Of a stretch of 64,000 nt of DNA, positions 40,065-53,619 are shown in pieces; position 1 is the stretch's first letter, and each line of letters opens with the position of its first letter. Under the pieces are notes generated by a model. That model did no database searches. It was given only the letters and a program-made list of their open reading frames with translations, and was not told where the DNA came from. This DNA is from Eledone cirrhosa (lineage: Eukaryota). The stretch is from the NCBI GenBank assembly GCA_964016885.1, contig OZ024741.1, forward strand, positions 105,276,001-105,340,000, read 5' to 3'. A program made the translations under genes and the position numbers.

Positions 40065-41100
40065 ATACTTTGGGAGGGTCATGTTGCCAATAAGAAACAC
40101 ACGCACCAGTTGCTTTCACTTCAATTTATTATAATAAATTTATAATAAATTTATAAGTTTATAAATTTCTGGTTGGTGGGTTGGTTCCACAACCAGATAG
40201 TTGTTTATATATTGTCATAGTTCTTTCGTCACACACTCTGTGACCTCTTCAGTGACTGGGGATTCCTTTCTTTGTTTTTGTGCCTCTCCTTTGTTCTGTC
40301 CTACGCCATTTTGTTTCTGTGTGTGTGTTGTGTGCTCAGTCTGCGCATGCGCCACATCCGGGTGTCTGTGTGTGTTTATGTTCATTTATTTATTTGTTTA
40401 TTTACATGTTACTGGTTGGTTGTTTGTTCTATGTGTGTGTGTGTTTTCATTTTGTCCTTAATTGTAAGTTGTGATGTTGCTGTTCCACTCATATTTTCTA
40501 TTTAATTTTGGTTGTAATTCTTTTATGTTTATTGCCTCTGTGATTTGTCTAAACATTGCGTCTTTTCTGTGTGTAGATTCTATTTTTATTTCTATGTTCT
40601 CTAATTTACCCTTGTGTTCTATTTTAGCATGTTGGTAGAGTACAGATGATTCTTTACTATCTTGAAGGTCTCGCCAGTGTTCATTTATCCGTTCCCCTAC
40701 ACTACGAGCTGTCTCACCTATGTACACTATATTTTTGTCTCTACATTGTCCTTCAGTACATCTTATGCTATACACTACATTTCTAGTTTTACAGTTAATA
40801 TGGGGGCTTAATTTACAGGTTATACATTTCTTATCTATACATGAGGGTCTTTGAAAAGGGTATGTCTTGCTAATAAGTGTTTTTACGGAGGTACCTGGTC
40901 TTTCTACTATCTTAATATTGAGTTTATGTTTATCTAGGGCCCTTCTAAATGTGTAAGCTAATTCACCTCTAGGGTTGTATCGATGAACATTACACTCTGG
41001 TATTTATTGCTATCATACCATGAGTTTATTCTATTAGCCTTGTTCCTAGTTCTTTCTATTCTATTCCAAAATTTGCTCCTATAGAAGGGGCAGGTAGAAA
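40060..41100 (-). mobile_element. 5'-truncated PLE related to the fold-back element
   Basis: YSIRCTEG..YIGETARS GIY-YIG, YQSVMFIDTT, HHR, shared 3' tail. Both ends in (TA)n. Confidence 0.9.
40214..40256 (-). ncRNA. Hammerhead ribozyme in PLE tail
   Basis: GUCA-CUGAAGA-G-GUCACA-gagug-UGUGAC-GAAA-GAAC-UA-UGAC. Confidence 0.85.
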
Positions 41101-41104
41101 CGAA

Positions 41105-41224
<120 letters not shown>

Positions 41225-41489
41225 AATATATAATATTAAGGATACTATTTATGGTTATGTATATTTTAAACTTTTTATAGTTATGTATATTTTAAACCTT
41301 AAACAGTGAAGGTCAGTAATTTATTACTACCTTATTACCAGTAAGATAAATAGCTCAATGTAATAACAACAGTTGTTCTATATATATATATAAAGAAAAT
41401 ATATATATATAAACCCATAGAGCAAATATATATTATATGTACAAATTAAGTTTAAGCAAAGAATGCTATATATTTTCTTTATTTCAATA

Positions 41490-42157
41490 GAAAGTCTGAA
41501 TTTTGACACATCAGCACATCAGCCATACTCACTGAACCAGAACAATTCTCCCCATCCCTTTTTTTCATGACAATTATCTTTTTTTTGGCACAAAACTCTT
41601 TATGACAAATCATGTGACTGTGAAAACGGCTACAAAGAACCCCCAAATACGAACTGGCACGTGACAGTCATAACCAATCAAATTACATTTATAAAAAAAC
41701 ATTTTTTAGCCACTTTTTAACTGAAAATAACAATAAAGAACCCTCAAACACGAACTGGCGCGGCAGTTGATGTGCTTATTCACGTGACTGCATCAACCAA
41801 CCAAATTTCACTCGTATATGAAAAAACAATCTGAGCCCCCTCCCCCTCCCCCTCCCCTTTTTTTTTAAAGGCAAATACAATAAGAACTTTGTAACGCGAA
41901 CTGGCACGAAATTTGTTATACTTATTCACGTGACAGTCATCAACCATCAAATTACTTTTCTAAAACACCTAGCATTTCGAGCCACTTTTTTCCACATAAA
42001 ACAGAAGTAACATTCCAACACCAGCCAGATGCGAGAAAAACCACAAACCCTCCATCTCAATTCTACTTTTGAAAAGCATAAGAACTGTGAAACCGGGAAA
42101 GGAAACAAATAAATATTTTAAAAAGACTCCAGTGGAATTTTCGATTTCATCTTTTTT

Positions 42158-42162
<5 letters not shown>
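41490..42162 (+). mobile_element. Family B non-coding element with internal repeats and decayed HHR
   Basis: 3' part matches the reverse complement of 25280-25420. HHR at 42066-42101 carries mutations. Confidence 0.65.
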
Positions 42163-42188
<26 letters not shown>

Positions 42189-42504
42189 CTAGCAGTTTAG
42201 CACGGCGTTGCTCGGGTTTGTTCATTTGCTATGAAAAGTTACAAACAGGTAAACGTAGCTTGAAAGCGAATAAGCTTATCAATTAAGTGCATAAAGTAGT
42301 TGAACCGGTTATTAAAAGTTACGAACTAATTAGCATTTTGGACAATCAATGATGGGTTAATAATCTTCCAATAGCGAATTTAGTAGACCAAAGTTGCAAA
42401 ATGGTGGTCCTGATGCCGCTGGGTGTCAGATCTGTCCGCTATGTGTGACCCTACCAGTTTTCCAGGCGGCATAGCTCCAACACCTCCAACACTTGCACCA
42501 ACAT

Positions 42505-45420
42505 CTATAGCATCTCTTTGTAGACGATATTGCGTGTCATCCCTTGAGGAGTGTAAGCAAAAAGTCCATTCCTGCTCCCTACGCGGGAACAGGCAACATA
42601 AAGTTGGCCATGGGAGAAGCATGGCTCCCCCAAATGGATGCCCGCCACCGACAATGTTTGCCCTTGTGACTTGTTAATGGACATGGCAAAACATGGTCTC
42701 ACCGGAAATTGAGATCGCCGGAAATCGAACGGGATATCTGATGCCGAGGGGAAAAGGTTCATCTTTGGAATAAAAACATTCTCCCCTCTCCCGCACCCCG
42801 TTACAATGGTAGCCTCAATCAAGTGGGTGTCAGTGACTTGACCACCATGCGAGTACCGTTGCACTGCTTTGGTGGACGCAAGTTCCTTATTAGCATAATG
42901 GGACAGCCAACCCTAAGCTTAAGAATGTGAGGTGAGAGCCCTGGGGGCTCAAGGGAATTTAATAACTCAACCGGATAATTAACGATATCGTCGGGGTCTG
43001 ACGTCCTGTCGATAGATTTGAAGATGTGTTCTTTACCGGGAATTTTCTCAATCAGCTGCTCGTTAATAAAATTAACCATGGTATTTTTCGGAGCAAGGAT
43101 GGCTCTTTCGCTGAGCCAATCGAAGTTTTTAAAGTTAGATGAGACATTAGGAAAAACTGCTTCCCAAAGGTCAGAAGGGCTGCTCACAATGTTGCACAGG
43201 GAGTCGATTGCTATGCTGCCATTGTCATCCGCAGGGACCTTGCCCTCACCAAGTGCTAAAATATTCTGAGCAAATGCTGCAGACATGTTGTCACCATGTA
43301 AATGAGCACACATATTTGTGCTCAGATACAAACTCTTCACCTGGATCCACAACATGGACGACTTAAGACAGGCACGCACTTCATCAGCTCTTGTCCCTTT
43401 GGGGATGACAGGCAGCGTTTGCCGAAAATCCCCTGATAGCAGAAGGGTTACGCCACCCATATGAGCCGTAGAATCCCTAATGTCTTTCAGGGTCCTGTCC
43501 AATGCCTCAAGGACACCCTTGTGTGCCATTGTGCACTCATCCCAAACAATGAGGCAACATTTTTTGAGAACCAGAGCTTCGTGTGAACTCTTGCTGATAT
43601 TGCATGCTGGTGTCTCAGTTTTTACTAAATCCAAGGGGAGTTTAAAGGTTGAATGGGCTGTCCTGCCTCCCGGCAGCAAAGTAGCAGCGATCCCGGACGA
43701 TGCAACGGCCAACGCAATTTTTTTCTCCTGAAGAATCTTAGCGAGAATCAATTTCGTTACATAAGTTTTTCGCATACCCACGGGAGCATCGAGAAAGTAA
43801 ATACCCTCAGTCTGATTTTGAACCGCGTCAATGATAGTTAAATAGGCCAACCTTTGGTCCGACAGAAGTTTGGGCTCACTTTCCTCTAAGTATTGGGAAA
43901 GAGATTCGATGTTATATGCTGTTTCCCGCAACAAATCCGGGGCCAACGTGTTAGCTTCCTCTCTGACGGTTGACGGCAAGCCATACGTCGCCAACTCACT
44001 CCCACCCATGTCGAGGAGGGCGTCCTCGATATCAATGAGTGCCCTGTTGTAGATAATGTCGCTGTAACCAACTTCCACTGAAGTATACTGCAGATGAGCC
44101 AGGCGCAGGAAGTCCTCAGACATGACGTCTCTGTACTTGACCCATAAAGATTTGGGATCACCCAATTCACACTTTTGAAACAAAATAGCAAAGAGTTCCC
44201 GTATACCTTTAGGTGATTTCAACAAAGCACCCTCTGCTAAAGTGGAATCCCATTGCGAATCATCTTCCAAAAGACCACGCTTAAAGCAGGCTTCCCGTAC
44301 GTGTCACATATTTCTCCATCAACAGTTTTGAGGTCCTGAAAACTTTGTGGGCCTACAACTTCATGCAGAAGAAGGCGGAGATGAAAGCACTCATGCTGAC
44401 TTAGGGGCACAGTGTAAACCCTTCCAAGACAGCTGTCAAATTTTACACCAGGATGTCTTTCAGCAACCTGACCTGACTTTCTTCGCACCCAAGTGTTTTT
44501 CGACCATATAAAGTAGGATGGAACCTGGGAGTACACAATTGTTTGCGCAAATCATCGAACTGGCAAAGTTTCAAGAAACCCGTCAGAGTGGTCTCTTTCT
44601 GATCGGCGGCCAACTTGGCGGCGGTTTGGTCCGTAAAGTAAACCCTTTGCCCATTTTCCAAATGTACCGCAAGCTGTACGATGGCGGGGTGACGTTGGTG
44701 TAGGGGTAAACCAAATAGGCGCCAAAAAGCTTCATTGCTACTGATGTACCGCCCCGCCAGGTATTCTGTGACCTCGTCCCTGCTATTTTCAGCTTGAAAT
44801 GCGAACATTGCGGCATCAGAGCCCTTATTTACATATTTGCATATGTATTTTATCGACTTGACGGAGTTGCAAAACTCAACGTTGATGTGGGCGTTGAACA
44901 TCTTCAAGAGAAGTGGGCAGTAAGGGACCAGCCATCTATTGTCGACTTGACCTCCCCTTACTGTTGTGGTGAAGCCACCGTTCTCGGGCCGTCTCCGCCT
45001 GTACAGGGGGTACCCGTCGCCACCAGTCTGAGTCTGGTCAACAAATTTTTTGGGGTATCCCTTACTGCACGACCCCCACCCACCCCTTCAGACATGTGTG
45101 ATGCTCATTAGGACCCGACTCACACGGACCATGAATCATGTTACCTTTGACGATGTCATGTAATTCCTGGTCAGTTGCTGGGTTAGGGATTTCAGCCGAA
45201 ATGAAGCTGTCTATGGCATTTGAATTGATTTTATCAGCTAACCAAATCAAAATGTGAGCATGTGGCAGCCCTCGTTTTTGCCATTCGACGGTGAACATGT
45301 CACATTTTACAGCTCCAAATACATGACCTTTTTGATTAAAGCCATGAGTTTAGCCAGTTTCAGTCTGAACACTCTGGCAATGAGGTCATGTCTGTTCGAA
45401 TAATTTTGCCCAGGAAAAAG
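42505..45420 (-). pseudogene. Helitron Rep/Pif1 helicase, frameshifted
   Basis: HUH motif VEWQKRGLPHAHIL, YICKY, damaged Walker A, IVWDE, GDFRQTLPV, SINKSQGQTL, HGQLYVACSR, spread over 5 or more ORFs. Confidence 0.93.
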
Positions 45421-45524
45421 TTCAGATTCATATGTCTATAGCATTAATCTGTTATATGAAGTGTTATTTTTCGGGTTGTTATTTGCAATAAGCCGATTGA
45501 AAATGCCCCAGATAAGCCGTATGT

Positions 45525-45838
45525 CAATACGGAACGCTCCACTGCAGTGTTGTCATATAGGGAGTGAAGAGCGACAGAGAGAGTAAAGCAGTTAAATTAT
45601 AGAGAGGAGGAATATACGGAACGCTCCATTTGATCATATACATTGTTTCTCTCTCTGCAGTGTTGTCATATAGGGAGTGAAGAGCGACAGAGAGAGTAAA
45701 GCAGTTAAATTATAGAGAGGGGGAATATATGGAACGCTCCATTTGATCATATACATTGTTTCTCTCTCTGCAGTGTTGTCATATAGGGAGTGAAGAGCGA
45801 CAAAGAGAGTAAAGCAGTTAAATTATAGAGAGGGAGAA
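45525..45838. repeat. ~115-bp tandem repeat (about 2.7 copies) within Helitron
   Basis: ctgcagtgttgtcatatagggagtgaagagcgac repeats near 45542, 45655 and 45768; diverged echoes at 46310-46450. Confidence 0.85.
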
Positions 45839-46935
45839 TGATCATGATCGATTTTTGCCCTTATTGTTGATTGATTTGAAATTGTTTTGCTTCATGACCT
45901 TCTCCTGACCAAAAGCAATAATTGTCCCGACTTTGAATAGAATCCCGTGAAAAAAGTTCTCATTAATTTTTTGTCTCATATTGAGAAAAACAAAGAAAGA
46001 AAATTACAAAAAGGACAACAATAAAATATAATGTCTTTGTTGAGAATCATGTAAATAAATGCTTAAGCGTCGTTATTGTTACGTTTGTTGTTTTATAAAT
46101 TCATCTGTTGCTTTTGAATATTTGTTATTTGATGTAAAATGTAAGTGTGTAAAATGTAACGTTGAGAGAGCAGTATGTATTTAGTGTTATCGGCTTTTTA
46201 AATTTTGATATTTGATGTATGAGTGTCGTTATGACTGTTTGTTGTATAAAAGGATGTGTTGCTTAGTTATCAAAGTTTTTTTCGCGTTCTCGAACGAATA
46301 GGGGGAATGATCTATTATATAGAGAGAGAAGAGCGACGGATAGAGTGAAGCTAGTGTTAAACCTCGAAGCATGAAGAGTAAAGCAGTTAAATTATAGAGA
46401 GAGGGAATAATCTATCGTAGAGAGAGGGAAGAGCGACGGAGAGAGTAAAGCTATGGTTGTTGTGTTGCTTAGGTTTCAAAGTTTGTGTTGCGTTCCTTCA
46501 AAAGAAGGTTTTTCATTGTTCTAAATTGTAATGGTGATAGAGTAGTAGACGGAGGCAGTAACCTTTTAAAGAGAGTTGCAGAGGAGATTGAGGGGGGAGT
46601 AGAGAGAGTGATGAACCTTTTACAGAGAGTTGCAGAGGAGATTGAGAGTGGAGTAGAGGAAAGGATGAACTTTTTAAAGAGAGTTGCAACATGGATGTAG
46701 TTTCATATATTTTTGATGGTAGTAGTGAGAGGAATGAAGCGTGTAAGAGAGAGGGTTACAGCATGTATTTAGTTTTATCGATTTTTTTCATAGAAGCAGG
46801 AGATTTTTGGCAAAAATAATTACGCGTTGACCTGTCCTGGTAAATTTGGAGCACATTGAAACAAAAATCATCAAAATCGGTAGAGAAATGTGGAAATGCA
46901 TAAAAATCATACACACACACAGACAGACATCTACC

Positions 46936-47009
<74 letters not shown>

Positions 47010-47060
47010 CATATATGTATGTATGTATGTGTGTGTGTGTACATATATGCATATATGTAC

Positions 47061-47146
<86 letters not shown>

Positions 47147-47244
47147 ATGTATCTGCGTACATGTCTGTGTGTGTATAAAATTTCTGATGTCTATATCTAC
47201 TGATTAACTTTCAATAGTTATGTATTTGATTTTTTTATGTGTAG

Positions 47245-47414
47245 CTTGCAACGTGATATCAATTGCCAACTCAGGAACCTACACACTAAAAAACTACGGT
47301 ACCAAGATGAACTGTAGTTTCTCATTCATCTACCCAGCCGTCATCAATACAGTGGCGGTAAATGTGGGAATTACATCAACTAGGAACGTTATCAATATAC
47401 CCCAACGCCGTGAG
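47245..47414 (+). CDS. CRHBP: CRF-binding protein, internal exon
   Basis: (P)CNVISIANSGTYTLKNYGTKMNCSFSFIYP matches CRHBP PCNVISQ..G.FTL..RNCSFSIIYP; phase matches the previous exon. Confidence 0.9.
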
Positions 47415-47799
47415 GTAGGCTTATATACAATCTTTCTCTCTCTCTCTCTCCATATATAAGTGTGTGTGTTTGTCTGCAAGCGAGAGTGTGCGTGTTTATA
47501 TTATATATATACATACACAAACAAACAAACATACATATATGTATTTGAAATGTTGGAATCTAGATGCTGAAATCACTATATAAAAATGTAGCTTTAAAAA
47601 TTCGGGGAAAATACCCTTATGAACAGAAAAAGTGACTAGCTGCCACTGCAGAGAATTGAACTTCGTATCTCACGAATTCGAGAGTCACGGATTTCGCTTC
47701 TTCGTAAAGACTGTTGGCCACATTTTTATGTCCTTATAGGTATTTTCACCGACCTTCTAAAACTATTATTATTTATTGTCATTTATTTATCCAAGGGTG

Positions 47800-47995
47800 G
47801 TGGATTGGTAGTATTGGTAGAGCGTGGACATACTTTGTGGCATAAAGTTACGTCCTTTTGCGTTCTGAGTTTAAATCCCTCCTTGGTCAGTTTTGATTTC
47901 ATCTTTACGCAGTCGATAAAATAAAGTAATCGACTTTCTCCTTCCCCAATTTCTGTTTGAATTCCAACATTCAAATTTGAAATCATCCAAGCGCC
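47800..47995 (+). mobile_element. tRNA-derived SINE
   Basis: ggtggattggtag..ttctgagtttaaatcc..gtcgataaaataaagta. Confidence 0.7.
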
Positions 47996-48051
47996 TTGAT
48001 AAATCATGTGTGTGTGTGTGCCTGTGCGTGTGTGTGTGTGTGTGCGTGTTC

Positions 48052-48114
<63 letters not shown>

Positions 48115-48248
48115 TGTGTGTGTGTCCAATAGATTAAATGCTTCTATGAATGTTCTTGTTTAAAAAATGTATATATGTAAAACATGTGTTGTGTAGACAT
48201 ATATTTCTGTAACCATTCATTCTTCTATATTTTTCATTACCATTGCAG

Positions 48249-48305
48249 AGTCTTCTGTCGTTCTTTAGGAAACAAATCACTCCAACTCTGAGATATGGCC
48301 ACGAG
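48249..48305 (+). CDS. Candidate 57-bp in-frame exon of the CRHBP-like gene
   Basis: ttttcattaccattgcAG acceptor, GAG|GTAAAG donor, phase 0/0, SLLSFFRKQITPTLRYGHE. Confidence 0.4.
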
Positions 48306-48649
48306 GTAAAGTAACTTCTATAATTGCCAACCGCAGGCATGGCAGTATGGTTAAAGAGTTTGCTACGCAACCATGGGGGTTCAAGTAATAATAATCTATA
48401 ACGATTACGACCCCATTACGTAACAGGCTTAAAACTCACACATAGCCAGTTCAACTCTTAGGAACCGACCCAAAACCCTTACAAACCAGACCCGGTATAT
48501 AGACACACACTGACGCTAACTCCACACTCAACGACCTGAACCTGAGCTGACCCAATCCAGCCGGGACTCTACAATCACCCATCAATTTATTCGTAACCTT
48601 TACCCACTTCACAAACCGACAAAGAAAAAAAAAACAATCTATAAACAAG

Positions 48650-48880
48650 CATGGCTGAGAGGTTAAGAAATTAACCTCGCAATCATCAGGTTCCGAATTC
48701 GATCTCACTGTGTAACATCTTAGGCAAGGGTGTCTTGTACCATACTTTCCAGTCGACCCAAACCTGTGAATGAAACTGGTAATCAGAAACTGTATGAAAG
48801 TCTGTCAGTTTGACTGTACTTGTAATTCAAAAGTCCAGCCTTGTCACACTGTTTCACGTTAAATATGTTTGTGAATTACA
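48650..48880 (+). mobile_element. tRNA-derived SINE (second family)
   Basis: gcatggctgagaggttaag..ttcgatctc..taggcaagggtgtctt; copies at 51765 and 55200. Confidence 0.65.
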
Positions 48881-48889
48881 TTATATCCA

Positions 48890-49780
48890 AGGTTGCTCAG
48901 CTCTTTGAGGATATCTGTATGAATTTAGTAAAAATGCATAAGTCATGAAAGAAGAGTTTTATTTGAAAAGATATGTCATGCATAATCTTGAGACTCTTCT
49001 TGACGCATATATTCAATGGCTCCGCCGTTAACATCGATAACTGAATACGAGGTCAGAAACGTTGACATGCTCGAATCAAATGATCTTTATTTGGGACATT
49101 GTACTAGCTATAGCGGACTTCAGAGATTTTATAGTGTTATGGGGGAGTTTATTAACTTCCCTCTCGACTATACCCCATACGTAGTAATCTAACGGTTTCA
49201 GATCTGGGGTGACGTAATTCGTTCTTGGTTGGTCTTTGCCTCATGAGACGATAGTGTCTTGTCAGTAAGTATACGGCTTTCCATTGCTCACGTTCTCTAT
49301 CCAAGGCCTCCTGCCCTCTTCAACACTTTATAGTCAGCAGCATTGATCCTTAAGCCCTAAGAAAAGAAGTGAGGAGGTATGACATATCCCTCATTGCTCC
49401 TGATTCATAAAACCATCACAGTTGCTGGAATATTTATGTGCATGACCCTTTGAATGTCTTTAGGGTCTCTGCATAGCCATCCGTCATTCTTTCAGTTGAC
49501 CTATTGGTCCTGATCAAAGTTTTTCTCATCAGAGAGAAACCAAAGCATTCTAGCTTCTTGATGTTTCAACTTGCTCCATAAGCGCTTTGCCCATATCAAA
49601 CAGTTATCTTTTGACTTTGCAGACATTATTGGCCTCAGAATAAGTTGGAAAATTTTTAGAGCTATTAAAGGACGTATCCTCCAAGAACTGAGCAAAATTT
49701 TTTCAAGAAATATTTCTTTTCATTCTTTGATTCTCAGCTAGAAACATGCCAACGATTTTAATTTAACGAGTGACTGTAAT
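48890..49780 (-). mobile_element. Degenerate Tc1/mariner transposase
   Basis: WFLSDEKNF (first catalytic D region) and SPDLKPLDYYVWG on -. Confidence 0.8.
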
Positions 49781-49809
49781 GTTTTTGCTTTCCGATGTCT
49801 TTTCGGACT

Positions 49810-50130
49810 TCATCATTATCATCATCATCATCATTGTTGTTGTTTAACGTCCACTTTCCACGCTAGCATCGGTTAGACGGGTTGTCCTATCTGAGGCAAG
49901 TTGGGTCAAGTGACCGTTTCTTACTCATATAGGAATGTTTCTGGCAGGATTTCTATAGCTGGATACCCTTCCTAACGCTAACCACATTTAGTGTGTGCTA
50001 GGTGCTTTTTGCAGTGACTCCTACACGACCACTTTACAATGTGGGTTGGTTGCTTTTTGTGGTGACACCTACACGACCACCTTACCGTGTGAGCTGAGTG
50101 CTTTTTGTTGTGAACCCTACACGACCACTT
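49810..50130 (-). mobile_element. RTE-LINE 3' end / derived SINE
   Basis: Reverse complement of 60780-61050 including the (GAT)n tail; further copies at 51970-52330, 57420-57483 and 58130-58430. Confidence 0.75.
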
Positions 50131-50430
50131 TAAAATTGAAAATTCACATCTTTTCGTTTAAGAAAAAATATTGACAATAATCCAATGGGATAAATACAAT
50201 GGCTATTTAAAACACCAACAGAACATGGTTCTTTGTTTTTATTAATTGTCTTTTTTCTTTCTTCATATTTTTAAACTTGATTTTTTAAACATTTACATTT
50301 TATTTTTTTATTTTTGGGGTCTTATTTTTCAACAATTTTCACGTGATGATTGTGGCAATATAAATTTAATTTCTCATGATTTATGCAATAGAACATATCA
50401 AAGATTAAAAGATTATATTGTTTGTTTCAG

Positions 50431-50545
50431 TGTAGGCAACGAGGTGTTGGTGATTACTTCCAGATAAAGACAGGAGATGGACTTGATCCAAGCTTTATGC
50501 AATACACTTCATCTTCTATCTGCGGAACTTCTTCTTACGACCGAT
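50431..50545 (+). CDS. CRHBP: CRF-binding protein, internal exon
   Basis: CRQRGVGDYFQIKTGDGLDPSFM..ICG matches C..GDFV.L.GG.GLDPSKM..LC. tttcAG acceptor and GTGAGT donor. Confidence 0.9.
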
Positions 50546-50579
50546 GTGAGTATAAACACCAGACTTTGTTTCTGATTAT

Positions 50580-50920
50580 TGCTGATGCCGTTGTTGTTGT
50601 TGTTGATGGTGGTGGTGGTAGTGATGGTGGTAGTGGTGGTACTGCTGTTGCTGCTGCTGCTTTTAGAGGTGTTGGTGGTGCTAGCTTTAGAAGGGATGGT
50701 GCTGGTGTTAGAAGGGCTGGTGATGTTAGAAGCGGTGGTGGTATTAGAAGTGGTAGTGATGGTGGCAGTGTTGGTGTTTGAGGTGGTGCTGGTATTAGAA
50801 ATGGTGGTGATGGTGGCAATGCTGGTGTTTGAGGTGGTGTTAGTGGTGGTGATGGCTGTAGTGCTGGTGGTGGTGATGGTGGTGGTAGTGGTGGTGGTGG
50901 TGATGGTGATGGAGGTTGGT
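50580..50920. repeat. GGT/GTT/GCT triplet low-complexity tract (intronic)
   Basis: Direct inspection. Confidence 0.85.
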
Positions 50921-51039
50921 AATGATATATTTCTAAGATTACCAATCTGCTCCAAACCAACTTTATTTAACTATTCAAATTTAAATCCAAATCTTGGATT
51001 GAAATCTCATTATTACACAACAGGTGAATTGACAAAATC

Positions 51040-51240
51040 ATGAAAGCATCCAACAAGTGCTTTACAGCATTTAGCTACGGATGTTTACATTCTGAGTTCA
51101 AATCCTGTTAGGGTCAATAATACCTTTCAACCTTCCAGGACTGATAAAATAAAGTACCATTTAAATACTAGGAGAGGGTTGACATAATCGACTTTCTTCT
51201 TCCCACAAATTGCTGGCCTTGTGCCAATGTTAGAAAGAAT
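51040..51240 (+). mobile_element. tRNA-derived SINE
   Basis: ttctgagttcaaatcc B-box, gataaaataaagtacc core, gctggccttgtgcc tail. Confidence 0.7.
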
Positions 51241-52582
51241 TAAGTTCAAAGTTAGTTTAAATTTATAACAAATATCTTCAACAATTTTCTATATACAGAT
51301 TCATTAACTGCTTAATGGACATAACCACAAGGATATGGTCTGAACGTGGAAGAGCCGAACTCCCACTGTCATCGCCTCCATCTCTCTCACCCTCCCCATC
51401 TCCCTGTATGGTGAGCAAATAGGGTCCCACGTGCTGGCCTCCCCACAGCCCCGATGGACGGAATGGAGAAGGCGTTTCCTCGTAAGGGAGATGCGCTAGA
51501 AGAGCCATTCCAGCTCACAAGGCTCACACCTGTGGCTGGCCAGCTCAGCGCCTATGATGGTGAGTAGGGAGGTAGCCCTAGGGCCAAGGACATCAGCAGT
51601 CTCTACTGCCAAGGGCACGACTGCGAATCTATCGGAGAGCGACCAGTGTTATTTCACTAAGCCACTAATTAATAATTCTTGATTATTTTCATAATTAATA
51701 CACAAAATTAGTAGATTCTTGTTAGAAATGGGACCACAAAAGGATTAATGATTTTGATGGACATAGGCATGGCTGAGTGGTTAACAAATTTACTTCGCAA
51801 TCTCAAAATTCTGGATTCTATCCCAGTGTGTCATCACAAACAAGTGTCTTTACCACAGCCTCAGGTTGACCCAAGCCTTGTAAGTGAAATTTGCTAGACA
51901 GAAATTGTGTGTAAGCCTGTCAGATAGATTGGATTGCAACTGTAATGCAAAGGTCCAGCATTAACACATTCATCATCACCATTTTATGTCCGTTCTTCCA
52001 CGCTAGCATGGGTTAGATGGGTTATCCTGTTGTGGGCAGTGTTCAGTCGGCTGACCTTGTCTTGCTCATACGGGAACTGATTCTGGCTTGATTTCTACAG
52101 CTGGATGCCCTTCCTAACACCAACCTCATTTGCAGTGAGTGCTGAGTGCTTTTTTTCCGTGGTGCCTACACGTCCACTTTACAGTGTGGGCTGGGTGCTT
52201 TTTTGCCGTGGCACCTCCACGACCACTTTGCAGTGGTAGAACACTTTCATCTATGTTTGGGAAATCAGAATTTGGTGTCACTGATTTTACCCTAAATTTA
52301 CTTCATGATCAACTGTCAAGGGCTTTGGTCAAGCCAAAGAGTATGCAAGGCATTTGTTGATTTCTTGGGTGTATTCCAACATTCTAAAAATTGATTTCCA
52401 AGTGGTAATACTTCAATTCTCAGAGCCCATTCCAACATTCTATGAACTGTTTGCCTGGAGATGTATTACTGCTGTAATGGAGGACCTATTCCCACAGGAA
52501 ATTGTGTTTTATGGCTTATGTTAGCCAATAAAACTGACTGTAAATACTGCTTCATAACAGATTTTCTTATCTCCATTGACAG

Positions 52583-52722
52583 ATAACCCTGGAGTGTTGT
52601 TGGGCTGTGGTCATTCAGTTGTCCGTATGGTATCCAGTGGTTACTACTATAACTCAGTGAAATTTACCTTCCAAGAAGCATCTGAAAAAGAATTGGAAGC
52701 CCAGCAGTATGACTTTTGTTGA
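52583..52722 (+). CDS. CRHBP: CRF-binding protein, last coding exon
   Basis: (Y)NPGVLLGCGHSVVRMVSSGYYYNSVKFTF..ELE..FC* matches GC..TVVRMVSSG..N.V.F; phase 1 matches; TGA at 52720-52722. Confidence 0.92.
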
Positions 52723-53583
52723 CAGGTAAGTTAGAGACTAAAAAATATCAGAGAGGGTCAGACTCCACCTTCTACTCCGACAGTATAACACATTTTGGAA
52801 AAATTAGTGGATATCGGTTGTAATGCCTTGTAGTATTTCATTACATACTTTTATGTTCTGAGTTCAGTTTCCACCAGGATCTGCTAGAATTCTGATTTTT
52901 CTTCAAACTCAGATACAACTGATTTAACAAGTCATCCCTTTGAGCATTAAAGTTAAATAACAGTAATATACTGAGGTCAATTTAACTGACAACACTGACA
53001 ATATCAGCAATTGAAAGTGCAAAGGTAACAGTTTTCTTATGACTGACTCTTTTTTTTTTCTAATCATCCAGATATTGTTGGTGATGAGAAGGAAACTGCA
53101 TTAGAGGAGGACTGTGTATTAACTATTATTAATCACTCATTTTATTTCTATTTCAGCCAAGAACCGATGTGTTAGAAAAGAAAACAAACATTAGAATATC
53201 GGTCCAGAACTGTGCATTAATAAAGAGTAGCATCATCAAGCAAGACAAAATGAAAATGAACGAAAACTGACAAAAACTGACGAAACCATTTGAAAACCAC
53301 ACGAAAATGACTGAAAACAAAAGAAAATTTTTTTAAATAAATAAACAAAACTTTTTTCTTTCTTTCTACCTCTACCTCGTTCTTTGTTTAGCCTGATTTA
53401 ACACCTGTCTATTCCCGTTTATCTACCTAAGGTAACTATATCCTACAACTTCAAACATGAACAACTCCACCCCAAACATATTGGTTTTACTACCCTCATA
53501 CAAAGATCAACATACATGCCAACATTACACAATTAAACGTATGTGCCCTGACAAACATATTTATACACACACACACACACACA

Positions 53584-53619
<36 letters not shown>

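Larger units (their letters stand above)
42189..46945 (-). mobile_element. Helitron, internally deleted autonomous-type copy
   Basis: 5' TATATATAAAACGGTAGATGTCTGTC. 3' cccgagcaacgccgtg + CTAG at 42189-42192. RepHel coding remnants. Confidence 0.92.

Noticed and set aside
50509-51043. Pro-rich, Thr-rich and Val-rich ORFs
   Set aside because: Intronic triplet low-complexity sequence following a clear GTGAGT donor.
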